Source: Octopus vulgaris (Eukaryota). From it: DNA of 64,000 nt. The notes below the pieces were generated by a model that was not told the DNA's origin, did no database searches, and saw nothing but the letters and a program-made list of their open reading frames with translations. Shown here in pieces: positions 40,490 through 54,648 of the stretch. How positions within the stretch are numbered: the stretch's first letter is position 1; the number at the start of each line of letters is the position of its first letter. A program made the position numbers and the translations under genes. Where the stretch lies: the NCBI GenBank assembly GCA_951406725.2, contig OX597817.1, positions 63,922,001 through 63,986,000 of the forward strand. Reading direction: 5' to 3'.

Positions 40490-41701
40490 TTTAATGTAAA
40501 TGGTAATCACTTCATATTCAAAACCAGTCTCATTTTTTTTAAATGTTCAGTTTCTTTCTTGATGAAGGATTTCATCTTTTACGATTCGAAGGAGTGGATC
40601 ACCTCCTCTTGTCAGCTACGGACCCAGTTCAGTAGTGGTAATCTTCAAATTCAGTTCCAGCTAAACTAAGTTCCGTATTCCAAAAGCTCTTGGAAGAGAC
40701 AGCCTACCAAGCTTGTCAGCATCTGGTTTCGAGTGACAACTTTTTTCTATGGCCTGCACCTTTCTTCATGCCCAGTCTTTAATGTCGTTCAATTTTCAAT
40801 TAATGATGTACTTCTTTTGCTTCTCTTTAGAAATATACCAGAGTTATATTATCCTATGTTTTCCCCGATCCCTTTTTAAGATGGTTGTGCGAGTACTTTT
40901 AGGCATATTCAGTTGTTACTTCTAGCATGCCGAGCAACTACGTCGAGACTTCTTTTGTTGCAGTTGCTAGTGATTCTGTTTTTAAGGTTGTTATTATTTT
41001 TATCTTCTGTTATTGTTCTCCTTGCTCTTCGTGCTGTAATGGGTGCTACTACTCTAAACTTAACACCAGATAGGAAAAAAAAATAGATTTCAGAATGTTA
41101 TTTAACGCTGGATTACCTGGTTGGTTTGTCTTAATAATAAATTGGAATGACAGAAGAAAAAGAGGAGGGGATGGGAGGAGGAGGAGGAGGGGAGGAGGAG
41201 GAGGAGGAGGGGAGGAGGAGGGGAGGAGGAGGGGAGGAGGAGGGGAGGAGGAGGGGAGGAGGAGGAGTGCCATTTAAGATGAAAAGTGTGAACGTGTTCA
41301 ACGTCAGTGATGAGAACTGACAATTAGTAACAGACTCCATGGAAACGGAAATATTGTTTGTGACGTGTATAATGGTTATGTAACTAGTTGAGCAACGAGA
41401 GTATGAGCATTTAGGTGCTTGTGTGAATGCGTGTGTGCATATATACCTTTATGTATTTTCTTTGTAGTGTCTTAGTGATAGGATATATGTACGCTTGTGC
41501 CATTGATTTATATATGCACACTTTCGCTCACAAACACACACTTGACTATATACGAATACATACACGCATACATACATACATACATACATACATACATACA
41601 TACATACATACATACATACATACATACATACATACATACATACACGTATATATATTATGTGTGTGCGTGTATATATATATATATGTATGTATGTATGTAT
41701 T

Positions 41702-42965
41702 ATGATGATCGTCCCTTGTCATGGTGGAAGAGCGTGTGTGTTCCAATGATTCCAAGAGCGATACCTTCAGGAGTCTTAGACTCCTGGTAGGGCCATCCAT
41801 AGCGGCAAGATCGAGGATGAGGTCCCAGACTAAACACGACCAAACACCAAGACCCCAAGGGCGGAGCAAGCGGAGGAGGGCTATCACAAGCCCCCAAGGA
41901 TTGACTCCAGCAGAAGTGGGCAACGCCTGGCGAGCAAGCGTGACAAAGGCGGATAGACTCCAGCAGCTCGCTGCAACCAGCCTCATCAAGACTACACGTC
42001 TCAATTCTTGAGTCGCAGGGAAGAAGTTCCTGGCCAAGTGCATGCCGTGGCCTTCGCGCAGCCATGATCACCTCAAACAATTTACTTAAAGAATGGCTGC
42101 GTCTTTCTAATATGTCTCAAAAAAGCCCTATGTCGATGGTATCGTGAGCACCGGAGGTAGGTCTGGAAAGATGGATACCTCTAATCTGTGACCACATATT
42201 GGCGGAGAAACGCAGATGGTCACTCTTCAATGAATAGCCGTGACATTGGAGTTTGGCAGCTAGATTCGTGACTGGCCTCTTTAGGATTACCGCAGCCCAC
42301 CCCTCAAGGGGCAACCCCTAGGAAAGGTGAGGTAAACATCAGACATGGCAACTCAATCTGGCCAGCATACCACAGCTTGTGGATCTCCCACTTAGCGGTC
42401 AGAACTCTACTAAATCCTCTGTTTCACAACCTCTCATCTTCGGGGCTTGGAACATCTAAACTCTCCAGGACAAGAGTGATATTAATCGACCAGAGTGACA
42501 TACAACTCTCATCTGCAAGGAAATTGCCCACTCCAGCATCGACGTGGCAGCCTTAAGCAAGACTAGGCTTCCCGGAGAAGGCAGCATCAGAGAATCTGGC
42601 TCCAGATACACCATCTTATGGAAGGGGAAGAATCCTAATGAACCACGCAACTATGGAGTTGGCCTTGCCATCAAAACGCAGCTCGTGGACCAACATGACT
42701 ATTCAGATTCCACTCATTCGGGACAGATTCCTTGCGCTGATCTCTGTGTATGCCCCTACATTCACATCTGAAGACGATGTCAAGGCTTCGTTCTACGACC
42801 TGCTGGACCGTACCATCCAAACAGTCCCCGCGCATGACAAACTCGTCGTGTCGGGGGACTTTAACGGCAGATCCGGCAGTGACCATTGTCTGTGGAATGG
42901 CATTCTTGGTCATTACGGAATTGGGAAATGCAATACCAATGGCCAACTCCTCCTGAGCCTTTGCG
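41702..42965 (+). mobile_element. RTE-clade LINE 5' fragment: 5'UTR plus pseudogenised AP endonuclease
   Basis: From ~42431: PLIFGAWNI*TL...IDVAALSKTRLPGEGS...YTILWKG...GVGLAIK, ISVYAPT, GDFN; stops and frameshift. Confidence 0.88.
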
Positions 42966-45614
42966 CCGGCTGGATACGAACACAAAATCACGACTCCCAT
43001 GTAATTTGCATTCTATAAATTTACTTCAAATTTAAGATCCGTTTAAATGCAGGAAAAAATATTTCCGCTCTTTACATGCCTAAAAAAAGAAACAGTGTGC
43101 ATTAAGTTTTTTACATCCATGTATGGGAAAGAAACTTAAGTAGCATGAAAAGAGACAGTGACTATGGTAATGTGTTGAAAATGTTATCTCTTCGTTTTAA
43201 TTTTATTTTTTTGTTCTACTATTTTCCTTATTACACTCTCTTATTCCATTCTGTTTATTAACTTTACGGTAACTTTCTAGAATATCTAAATGTTGCTGCG
43301 ACTACTCATTTCTTCAGCCGGTGTAGAAAGAGACAGGTTTTCATGAAGTCTTCCTACAAGTAACAGTTGCACACAAAGGGTGAATATAAAGTGACCGGAA
43401 TGTATAAGAGGAATGCTTATATTCTACAGAAAAAATGTCTTATCTTACCGAAGTCATGAATGTGTGTGTGTGTACATATATGTGCATATGTAAGTATATA
43501 TATATACACATACATATATATATGCATACACGTGCGTGTATACATATATGAATGTATATATTATACACACGTATATGTATATATATATATACATATATAT
43601 ATACACTTATATATGTGTGTGTGTGTATGTTTGCATAGTTCTGTGTGTATATTTACATATATAACGTACACTAAATTTGTTAATACCTCGTCACCTGTTT
43701 ATTTACAGAGAATACAGATATACAATTGCTTCAAGCATTCCCTTGAAATTGTATTCTTTATCTAGTTTACAGAAAAAATATATATTTCTATCATGTATGC
43801 GTGTGTGGTCTGGGCATTCCTTGTGTGTATTGTGTATGTGCGTACGTACGTGCGTGTGAGTGTGTGTATGAATGCATGATGCCTTCAATACACACATGTT
43901 ACACATATGTGCAATTAGTAAACATAAACCCCCGAAGGAAATCTCACGTAAACTCAATGATCGTAAGTATAAAATAATTCGTCGTGGTTGATGTTATTGT
44001 TTAACTCCAGGCTAGTTGTTATTAAGAAGATCTACGATCAAATGCGTTCCTGTTGTGACTATCCAGCCATATTTCTTTTAGCTACAACTACATTATCAAT
44101 TTTTTCTTGGTTTTTGTTTTGTTTTGTTTTTAAGCTGGTAGAGCGTGATTTGTGGAAGATTTGCTAAAATCTGTAGCAAATACAGACATTCGAGGAAGTT
44201 CGTATGTACGTAGTAGTAGTAGTAGTAGCAGCAGCAACAACAACAACAACAACAACAACAGCAGCAACACCAGTAGTACTAGTAGTATCTCATAGTAGCA
44301 GTTTTTCTCTGGTATCTAATCCAGCAAACTTATGATCAATGTTCCAGATGCTTTACATATTACTACTCAATCCAATGTGCCCTTCTTTTCTAGAACGCTA
44401 TATATATAATATGAGGATATTTGACTGCTATTTCTAGAAGATGTGGCGCCAACATAGAAGCTTTTCATTAACCCATGCAGAGTTTGCTTTTCCAATCCAA
44501 ACTGTCGTAGTTAGCCAAATAATAAGTAATCGATCTTTTAAATTTGTGTTCCGGTTTCGAGTTTCATTTGGCTCAGTTAATCCCTTTACTTAATTCTTTA
44601 ATCTATTTTAGTCATTACAGCTAAGGTCATATTTAATCACTGCCTTCACACATATTGTGTGTGTATGTATTCCCTATCTTTTACACTATGTTATATACAG
44701 AGCTTCATTCAGTGTGTTTGATACAAATCCATTGAGCACTTTTATAAACTCTTACACCTTCTGCACTCGGAGAAAAATTACGAATAATATCTCCTATGTA
44801 TGTATGGTAATAAATAAATATTATCAATCATATAACTATATTATGGCTTTCTTACATATGTAGGAAATTGAAAGAACATTCACAAGGATAACAATAGCAA
44901 TTTCTTTATTTTCCACATATTAACAGAAAATAGACTTCTTCCGATCTTATTCGTAAAATAATGTAAAAATAATTAAATAGAACGTCATCTGTGAATACAG
45001 GGTTGCACTATGATAGAACTCAGGCATAGGATATAGCATTGAAAATAAAGGAATGAAAGAGTATGACTTTCGTTACATTATAGGAATAAAAGATAGTAGC
45101 TTATAATGTGTTGCAGGAATGCACATATATATTTCCGTGTTTTAGACCACTCGAATAATGTGCGTAGAAAATATTTATACATATTTTCTTGGTTTGGAAA
45201 GACAAAATTTTTATGAGCAAATAGTGACATCAATAAAAACAGGCGTATTTTTCGATAACGTGTTTTTAAACTAGTAGAAATTATTCAGTCAAGGCAAAGC
45301 CAAGAAACAAATTAACTGCTAATAAGAGTTTAGTGAGAGAGCAGAGTAACCTACTTCGTACTGTTGTCGCGAGAATGAATATCAGAAGCCACGAGAGATG
45401 GTAGTGTGTTCCCTTTAACTAACTAAACAATGACTTACAGGCTTGCAAGTTTTTTATTAACTAAAATTACGTACATTACAACAGTGAAACTAAAACGTGT
45501 TGTGTGTTCTGTTTAACTATCTGAAATGACTGACAGACTGCTAACGTCTAATTGATGAAAGCGTCACATGTAACAAAACAATGAAGGCACGCCGTCCGCA
45601 ATCGCATGCTGACG

Positions 45615-45668
<54 letters not shown>

Positions 45669-45823
45669 CAGAGGAGTAAAATATTATTAGAAATTTTTTA
45701 TCACCATGGCCTAGCGTGTAGAAAAACTAGTCAATAGACTATATATTATTCAACATATAGTGTACATTTAAACTTGGTTTGGATTTTAACTACTACTTCT
45801 GGCGGTTTAGATGTCCGATTATG

Positions 45824-45862
<39 letters not shown>

Positions 45863-45869
<7 letters not shown>

Positions 45870-46100
45870 ATGTTCGTAGCCACTTCAGCATATCCGTTCA
45901 AACGGACTTTACTGCGATTTTTTAACCCCAAGAGGACATCTCCCCTAGCTGGTTAACGATGCACAGCTGCATCCGAGATATTGCGAGCAGGAGAACGAAC
46001 CCCTGTCACCTTCTAGCAACGTTACCTGCAGACCAGCCTGGTTTCAGGCTTTTTCTGCCTCTCTTCAGTACTGGACATCACGTCTGCTTGAGATGAATTT
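45863..46100 (-). mobile_element. Short hammerhead-bearing repeat, distantly related to 23456-23873
   Basis: ttactgcgattttttaaccccaagagg...ctagctggtt resembles ttactgtagcttttagccccaggag...ccagctggct; hammerhead at a comparable position. Confidence 0.55.
46025..46074 (-). ncRNA. Type I hammerhead fold, intact core, GUC site
   Basis: Minus: ccagta-CTGAAGA-g-aggc-agaaaaa-gcct-GAAA-cca-ggc-tgg-TC-tgcagg. Confidence 0.75.
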
Positions 46101-46109
46101 TTTATTAGG

Positions 46110-48103
46110 ATAATTAATATTGTACATATAGGGGACAAAACAGGACAATACAAACAATTATTGTTATTATGAGTTCGTATGATACTTAGTTTTTAAAAAT
46201 ATTGAATAATATATAATTAAAATTTGACTTTTTTTGGTGGAGATTAAACCTGATGGGCTGAAAAGCCCGGCGACTATACCTTTTCCTTTTCCCATGAGGA
46301 TTAAGCAGGGTCATTGCACCCACCTTTCTTACCACAGCCTTCCATCTTTTCTTGAACACACCTCACGCACGACAGGTATCTCCTCTCCAGCCCTATCTTG
46401 CTTTTCAGATATCTGAAGTATGTCAGAAAACCAGGGCCAGATATAAAGGATCCCGTCGCGAGTCCTTGCAATCTGGTCTTCCACCCACACTCTTTCAACA
46501 CTGCAACTGAACAGAGAAAACATGATTCACCTCCCTTTGAGAGTCCGGTTGGCGGCACAATCTTTATTATAGACTTAGCTGATAGCTGTACTCTGCCTAG
46601 GTGTGACAACACGTGTTCAACGTAAATTATCAAGCCTGAAAGCTTCCAGCACTGTACAAAAGCGTGCTGGACGGTTTCATCATCCAGCCCACATCTTGGA
46701 CATGCCGTTGACATTCTGTGCCTTATCGCGAACAGGGATTTTTGGTAACAGGGATTTTTGGTAATTATCCAAATACCCTGGCCTGAAAGTTTTTTGGAAC
46801 AGGTTGGCAAGTTGGTTCTCGTCGAACCCCCAGAGCCCCTCCTAGGACCTCATCATTTTTAAACTGTACCAGCCCTTTACACAAACCGAGGTGGTATTCC
46901 CACTGCCGGTTTTGCCCGTCTTGTGGATTAGCACGAGTGCCTATCGACACTCCTTTTGCCATTCTGTCAGATTACGTCTTTTAATAAAACCGGGTCTGAA
47001 TTTCTCCAAAGAGGCTGGTCGCGGAAATAATTCCTCTTCCAGCGGATTCCACACCTTGTCACCTTCCAAGTAGTGCCAGAGATGTCTCAGCCTCAACGCA
47101 TGTCTGCGCATCATTAGCCAGGGCATCCCTAATCCACCCTTTAACGGTTCCTGGCAGCAGACGGAGCGCCTCACAAGTGGCTTTCCTCCTTTCCACAATA
47201 AGCGGAAGAGGAGGCGCTCCAACTTGTTTAGCCACGAGTCGGAGCAAGGGACAACGGTAAGGCGGTGAGTGATTACAGATGCAATAAACACCTGTACCAC
47301 CCCCGCCCTCCCTTTCAGGGACAGAGCCCGTCCGGACCAAGTCTGAACTAGGGCCTCCACCCTGTCTGCCACCCCCTCCAATTCTTCGTCACTGAGTCCT
47401 GTCCAAACCAAACTCCAAGCAACTTAACAGGACCATCTGTCCAGTGACCCACGACACTGGACGATATCGACTTGCTCCTCCAGGTGCCGAGGCGCAAGCC
47501 GATGGACTTGTCCTTGTTAACTTTTACCCCTGCCACTGCCTCGTATCCTTTGATAGCGTCCTCTACACAAGGTAGCTGAGCCTCATTGGACACGATGATA
47601 GTGACGTCATCCGCATAAGTAGAGACCGACTTACCGCATCTGATTTCATTGAGGGTGCGCCCCAAATTCTCCAGCTTCCGCAGTAATGGCTCAAGAGCCA
47701 ACACATACAGAAGCGGAGACAGGGCACACCCTTGACGAACTGAGTGATTGATCGAAAACGGCTCCGACAAGTAGCCGTTTATCTGAAATGTGGATTTGAT
47801 GCCCCTATACATTGCGGAGATAAACCTACGGAAGTCCGGGCCCAGCCGCTTCAAGGACCGCCGCTAAGTTCTTGTGGTCTACTCTATCAATAGCTTTACT
47901 TTAGTCTAAATGGACCGGTGCCCCACCTTTGCCGGTTAATTTACCCTGTCTAAGGTGTAGCGTATAAGGTGAAGATTGTCCTGGATCGACCTGCCTGGAA
48001 TGGCTCATGACTGCACTTTCCCTGCAAGCTTTTCCACGACACGCATCAACCTTTTTGCTAACACCTTGGCCAAAATATTTAACTCTACATTGAGTAGAGT
48101 TAT
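46110..48103 (-). mobile_element. 5'-truncated L1/Tx1-like LINE (RT plus zinc knuckle), frameshifted
   Basis: ITLLNVELNILAKVLAKRL, VRQGCALSPLLYVLALEPLL, YADDVT, VKLLGVWF, LSLKGR, GGLGMP, CPRCGLDDETVQHAFVQC. Confidence 0.9.
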
Positions 48104-48291
48104 GTTGCATATATATAACATCATACCTTGATATTGTGTGGACTAAGATCCCCATTGACAGGCCGCTGGTATCTATAGTGTTAAACACTTTCGGTATGCA
48201 AATTAGAGACTCCTTCATAGAGTAACTGCTGCATTTGTTCAGTATATAAACAATTTGGATGCTTGCTTCTCTGGTTATTGTCAAAGTGATG

Positions 48292-48343
48292 TGGACGCCT
48301 CTGATGAGAACCCAATAAGGTTTGAAAATCGTTAAGTTGTTCG
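48292..48343 (+). ncRNA. Type I hammerhead fold, intact core
   Basis: tggacgcct-CTGATGA-gaacc-caataa-ggttt-GAAA-atcgt-TA-agttgttcg. Confidence 0.7.
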
Positions 48344-48398
48344 TCATTTATTTCAGTCTGCGGAGAAATGGATAAAATTTATCCTGTTTATAATTATA

Positions 48399-48438
<40 letters not shown>

Positions 48439-48538
48439 ATATATTACATTACTCGATAGTCAAGATAAGGTGCCGAAGTGGGAATCCACAGGTCTCTTGA
48501 GGTCTCTTTCTTTCTTTTGTTATCTTACCGTTTTACCA

Positions 48539-48641
<103 letters not shown>

Positions 48642-48667
48642 TGTATGTATGTATGAACGTTTTGTAT

Positions 48668-48845
48668 GTGATACAAACAAGAAAATAGAACTCAAAACAT
48701 GGGAATCTATACGTTCTTTTTATTAATAATTGGCAGAAGTTACAGAGTAAATCAAGGGCTGAGAGTTCGGTGCGTTAGCACTTATCAAATGCAGGAAACT
48801 CTCGCCCCTTGAGTCATACTGTAGCTTCTGCTGATTATAAATAAA
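48668..48845 (-). mobile_element. Penelope-like terminal repeat with foldback and decayed hammerhead
   Basis: Inverted arms ~48731-48767 and 48797-48834; between them on minus TTGATAA-gtgc-taac-gcac-cgaactctc; homologous copy at 58090-58210. Confidence 0.55.
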
Positions 48846-48932
48846 AACATGTGTGTGTGTGTCTGTGTCTGTGTCTGTGTCTGTGTCTGTGTCTGTGTGT
48901 GTGTGTGTATGTGTGTGTGTGTGTGTGTGTTT

Positions 48933-48966
<34 letters not shown>

Positions 48967-49790
48967 AAGAAGATAAATGAGAAAGGTAGGAAGGAAACCG
49001 CAGGTTTTTCTCGTTTCTGCTTTGAGTTTAGGAAGAAAGAAGACCTACTTGTGAATGTACTGGAACATTTCATTTCCAAGCTCTAAATACGCATGTAGTT
49101 TACGCTGCGATTATCTCCTCTTGTTATTAAAACGCCAGAGTAACTGCAAGCAATGCGGTTACCACAGTAGAGCAGCTTTCCTTTCTTTTGTAATATGTAA
49201 GTTGATACTCTTGAAGGTAAGCAGTGATTTATTGCAGCAGACGATAACAACATTTGCGCCGCCTTTAAACAATAGGAAGTTGAAAGTGTAACAATGATTT
49301 ATGTTAACAGATACACTGGGAGACACATATTTTAGTGTCTGAGATATTAGGTAAATTTTGGTCGCTGATTCTAAATATGCCATCAGTTTTTCTCTATTAT
49401 CTCTGTTATCGAAATATGTTATATCCCTTAATTGCCATATATACAACCGATCAGGCACAAAGAGTGATGACCTCAAATAATTATTGTTGTGGATAAAAAA
49501 ATGACTTCATACATCCATAGAAATAGATAATAATGAAACAAGCGTAGAAAGCTATCAGTGATACAATTTTCATTTCCACAGATGTCTCACGAAAGCACCG
49601 TTTTAGAGACTTCATATGGGGAATTGCCCTGGGACACGTTAATTTCACTTGAAATTTGTGACCTTGTATCTGTACCTATCTTAGAAATAAATTGTTTTGG
49701 AAAGGTTTGAAGAATATACTTGTCTGACTTTGTGATGTTTAATCTGAAAGCGATGAAATTTTTATGAAAACTGTGTGTGTATGTGTGTAT

Positions 49791-49826
<36 letters not shown>

Positions 49827-49849
49827 AAAGTATGAAGAAAAAAAGCGCC

Positions 49850-49964
49850 AATTACTGTTCACTGGCTTTGAATGCGCACCGATTACCAAAATATTACCGT
49901 TTGGTAATCGGTGCGCATTCAAAGCCAGTGAAGAGTAATTAACGAAACCGGTGTGACTTTGAAT
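49850..49964 (+). repeat. 41-bp inverted repeat overlapping a variant hammerhead fold
   Basis: Arms 49850-49890 and 49900-49940 with one mismatch; hammerhead-like fold at 49917-49964. Confidence 0.85.
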
Positions 49965-50236
49965 CCCTTTAACAATTCATAATAATGACTTTTATTCCTC
50001 TTAATTTTCTCACTTCATCTAATTGTATATATTTATCGTTACTTTTCATTAAAAAAGCCTTTATTTTTTTGATATCCAATGTGCATTTTCGCTTTTATTC
50101 TTCTTACTTTCCCCATATTTTTTCCACGTGTAATTTCTATTTTGCTTTTGAAACATATTTCTATCATATATATATATATTACGGAAATGTACTCGCATAG
50201 CAAGTAATTTGATCTGAGATCGAGTGCTGAAACGAA

Positions 50237-50409
50237 AACAATTGCAGCGTGGAATGTGTTTATAAGCCATTTAAGAAACACACAAAAGCCGTTCGATTCA
50301 CTTCAACTTTTAAATATTTTGACAAATTAAACTTAAAAGTTGAAGTGAATCGAACGGCTTTTGTGTGTTTCTTAAATGGCTTATAAACACCTTCCACGCT
50401 GCAATTGTT
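50237..50409. repeat. 77-bp near-perfect inverted repeat, 19-nt spacer
   Basis: Arms 50237-50313 and 50333-50409, one mismatch seen. Confidence 0.95.
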
Positions 50410-50460
50410 ATATATATATATATATATATATTGAACACAGAACGTAAAGATAAGGAAAAT

Positions 50461-50646
50461 GAAGAATTTTACCATTCAGATTATTTATAATACTTGTCCG
50501 AGACGTGTTTTGATTGCACTAACTATATATTGTTGCATATTTATATGCAGCGATTTATGCATTATTAGTACGTTCTCTTTAGGGCATATAAGTATGAGAT
50601 TGTTCGAAGAGAAATTTTCCTCCGCTATTAGTTTGAATTAGGCTTG

Positions 50647-50724
<78 letters not shown>

Positions 50725-50878
50725 TCAAGATCTACAAAGAGATCGTACTAATAATGCATAAATCGCTACATATAGATATGCAACTACATGCAGTTAATGC
50801 GGTCGAAACACGTGTCGGACAATTATTCTGAATAAACTAAGTGGAAATAAACAAATTTTGAACGTTCAAATTCTTCAT
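50461..50878. repeat. Diverged inverted repeat (~120-140 bp arms) around (TAG)n, each arm a decayed hammerhead
   Basis: Right arm has gatcgtactaat...gttaatgcggtc-GAAACACGTGTC-ggaca (50741-50821); left arm is its reverse complement with a CTAAAGA core. Confidence 0.75.
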
Positions 50879-51050
50879 TCTCTTTATTATCAATATTGTA
50901 TTTACACTCTGAGTAGCCAAGAAATAAACTGTAACATCGGATAGGAGCTAAAGGAAGTTTACCAAAAAACGGACCATCTGAAGGAGCCAGCCTTGGCATT
51001 TTACTCAGAGAAATTCGGTGTCTGCCTGGATATTATATTCCTTCTCTTAC

Positions 51051-51528
<478 letters not shown>

Positions 51529-51706
51529 AATGTTTAGCGGCGTTTCGTCCGTCTTTACGTTCCGAGTTCAAATTCCGCCGAGGTCGGCTTTGCTTTCATC
51601 CTTTCGGAGTCAGTAAAATAAGTACCATTTAAGTACTGGAGTCGATGTAATCGACTTATCCCCTCTCCTGAAATTGCTGGCCTTGCACCAAAATTTGAAA
51701 TCAATA
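51529..51706 (+). mobile_element. Nin/Deu-like SINE, 5'-clipped, abutting the previous SINE
   Basis: gagttcaaattccgccgaggtcggctttgctttcatcctttcggagtc. Confidence 0.8.
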
Positions 51707-51853
51707 TTTATATTTATGAGCGGAAACGATTTTATTCACCTCTAATTCTGAAGAATTGGCAATCGTTGTCGGATTTTGGTTCGCAGCTACAGCTGAAATA
51801 AATATTAAACAAAAAACAAAGAATGTAGCCAATTAGAAGACATTCTCACTAAT

Positions 51854-52079
51854 ACTCTTTTACTCTTTACTCTTTTACTTGTTTCAGTCATTTGACTGCG
51901 GCCATGCTGGAGCACCGCCTTTAGTCGAGCAACTCGACCCCGGGACTTATTCTTTTTGTAAGCCCAGTACTTATTCTATCGGTCTCTATTTGCCGAACCG
52001 CTAAGTGACGGGGACGTAAACACACCAGCATCGGTTGTCAAGCAATGCTAGGGGAACAAACACAGACACACAAACACAG

Positions 52080-52130
<51 letters not shown>

Positions 52131-52296
52131 TACGACAGGCTTCTTTCAGTTTCCGTCTACCAAATTCACTCACAAGGCATTGGTCGGCCCGGGGCTATAG
52201 CAGAAGACACTTGCCCAAGGTGCCACGCAGTGGGACTGAACCCGGAACCATGAGGCTGGTTAGCAAGCTACTTACCACACAGCCACTCCTGCGCCT
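51854..52296 (-). mobile_element. Full-length young family A SINE
   Basis: Minus: aggcgcaggagtggctgtgtgg (A box), gggttcagtccc (B box), ccttgggcaagtgtcttc, (AAAGAGT)-type tail. Confidence 0.92.
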
Positions 52297-52531
52297 ATAC
52301 GCTTCATTTTCTTGAGCGCATTTTTTTTTTTGTCTCAATCATTTATACTCGTGAGTCACACTAAGCTAGAAACATACAAAAGAAAGAAAGAAAAACAAGG
52401 AACATTAAATAGAAGGTGGAATGAAAAGGGTGTAACAACTAAGATGCGGTGATGCGTTTCATGATAAGATAATGAAATTAGTTATCTGCAGTAAAAGCAA
52501 CTGTTACACATTTACAGCTTTATTTTCCGCT

Positions 52532-52627
52532 TCCTTCTTTTTCCACTTCCTTCTTCTTCTTCTTCTTCTTCTTCTTCTTCTTCTTCTTCTTCTTCTTCTT
52601 CTTCTTCTTCTTCTTCTTCTTCTTCTT

Positions 52628-52659
<32 letters not shown>

Positions 52660-52821
52660 TTCTTCTCCTCCTCCTCCTCCTTCTTCTTCTTCTTCTTCTT
52701 ATCCTTCTTTTTATTCTTCTTATTCTTCTTATTCTTCTTTTTCTTCTTCTTCTTCGTCGTCGTCGTTGTCGTCTTCTTCTTCTTCTTCCACATCCTTTCT
52801 TCTTCTTCCTCTTCTTCTTCC

Positions 52822-52857
<36 letters not shown>

Positions 52858-53131
52858 TCTTCTTCCACTTCCTTTCTTCTTTTTCCTCTTCTTCCACTTC
52901 CTCTCTTCTTTTTCCTCTTCTTCCACTTCCTTTCTTCTTCTTTTTCCTCTTCTTCCACTTCCTTTCTTCTTCTTTTTCCTCCTCTTCCTATTCTTCTTCT
53001 TCTTCTTCTTCTTTCTCCTCCTCCTCCTCTTCTTCTTCTTCTTCTTCTTCTCCTCTTCTTCTTCTTTTTCTTCTTCTTCTTCTTCTTCTTCTTCTTCTTC
53101 TTCTTCTTCTTCTTCTTCTTCTTCTTCTTCC
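52532..53131. repeat. ~600-bp polypyrimidine (TTC/TCC)n tract
   Basis: Direct reading; includes repeated sub-unit ttccacttcctttcttc. Confidence 0.95.
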
Positions 53132-53499
53132 CCACTAAATAGATATGGATATATGTTCATAAATCAGGAAAAAAATACACTTTCAACGCAAGTAATAGAG
53201 CGGATATATTTTTATATCGTAAAGTAATATTATATTGGTTACGGCATATAACTGGGCAGAATGTTAGCGTCGGTTTCGCATCGATGTCAATTTTGCTTTT
53301 CGAATATTCAGAAGATAAATATAATTACAGTTATAAGTCAATCTATATAAAAGCAGACTCTTAAACTTTGAAGTAGGTTGATAAGTGCCATACGAGAAAT
53401 TCTCGGCCCTTGGGTCACTTTCTAATTCTGCTAATTAAAAATAATATGCATATATGTATACATACATACATACATACATACATACATACATACATACAT

Positions 53500-53552
<53 letters not shown>

Positions 53553-53611
53553 CATGCGAGCAACACAAACACATGTATGTATATATGTACGAATGTATGC
53601 GTGTATATGTT

Positions 53612-54648
<1,037 letters not shown>

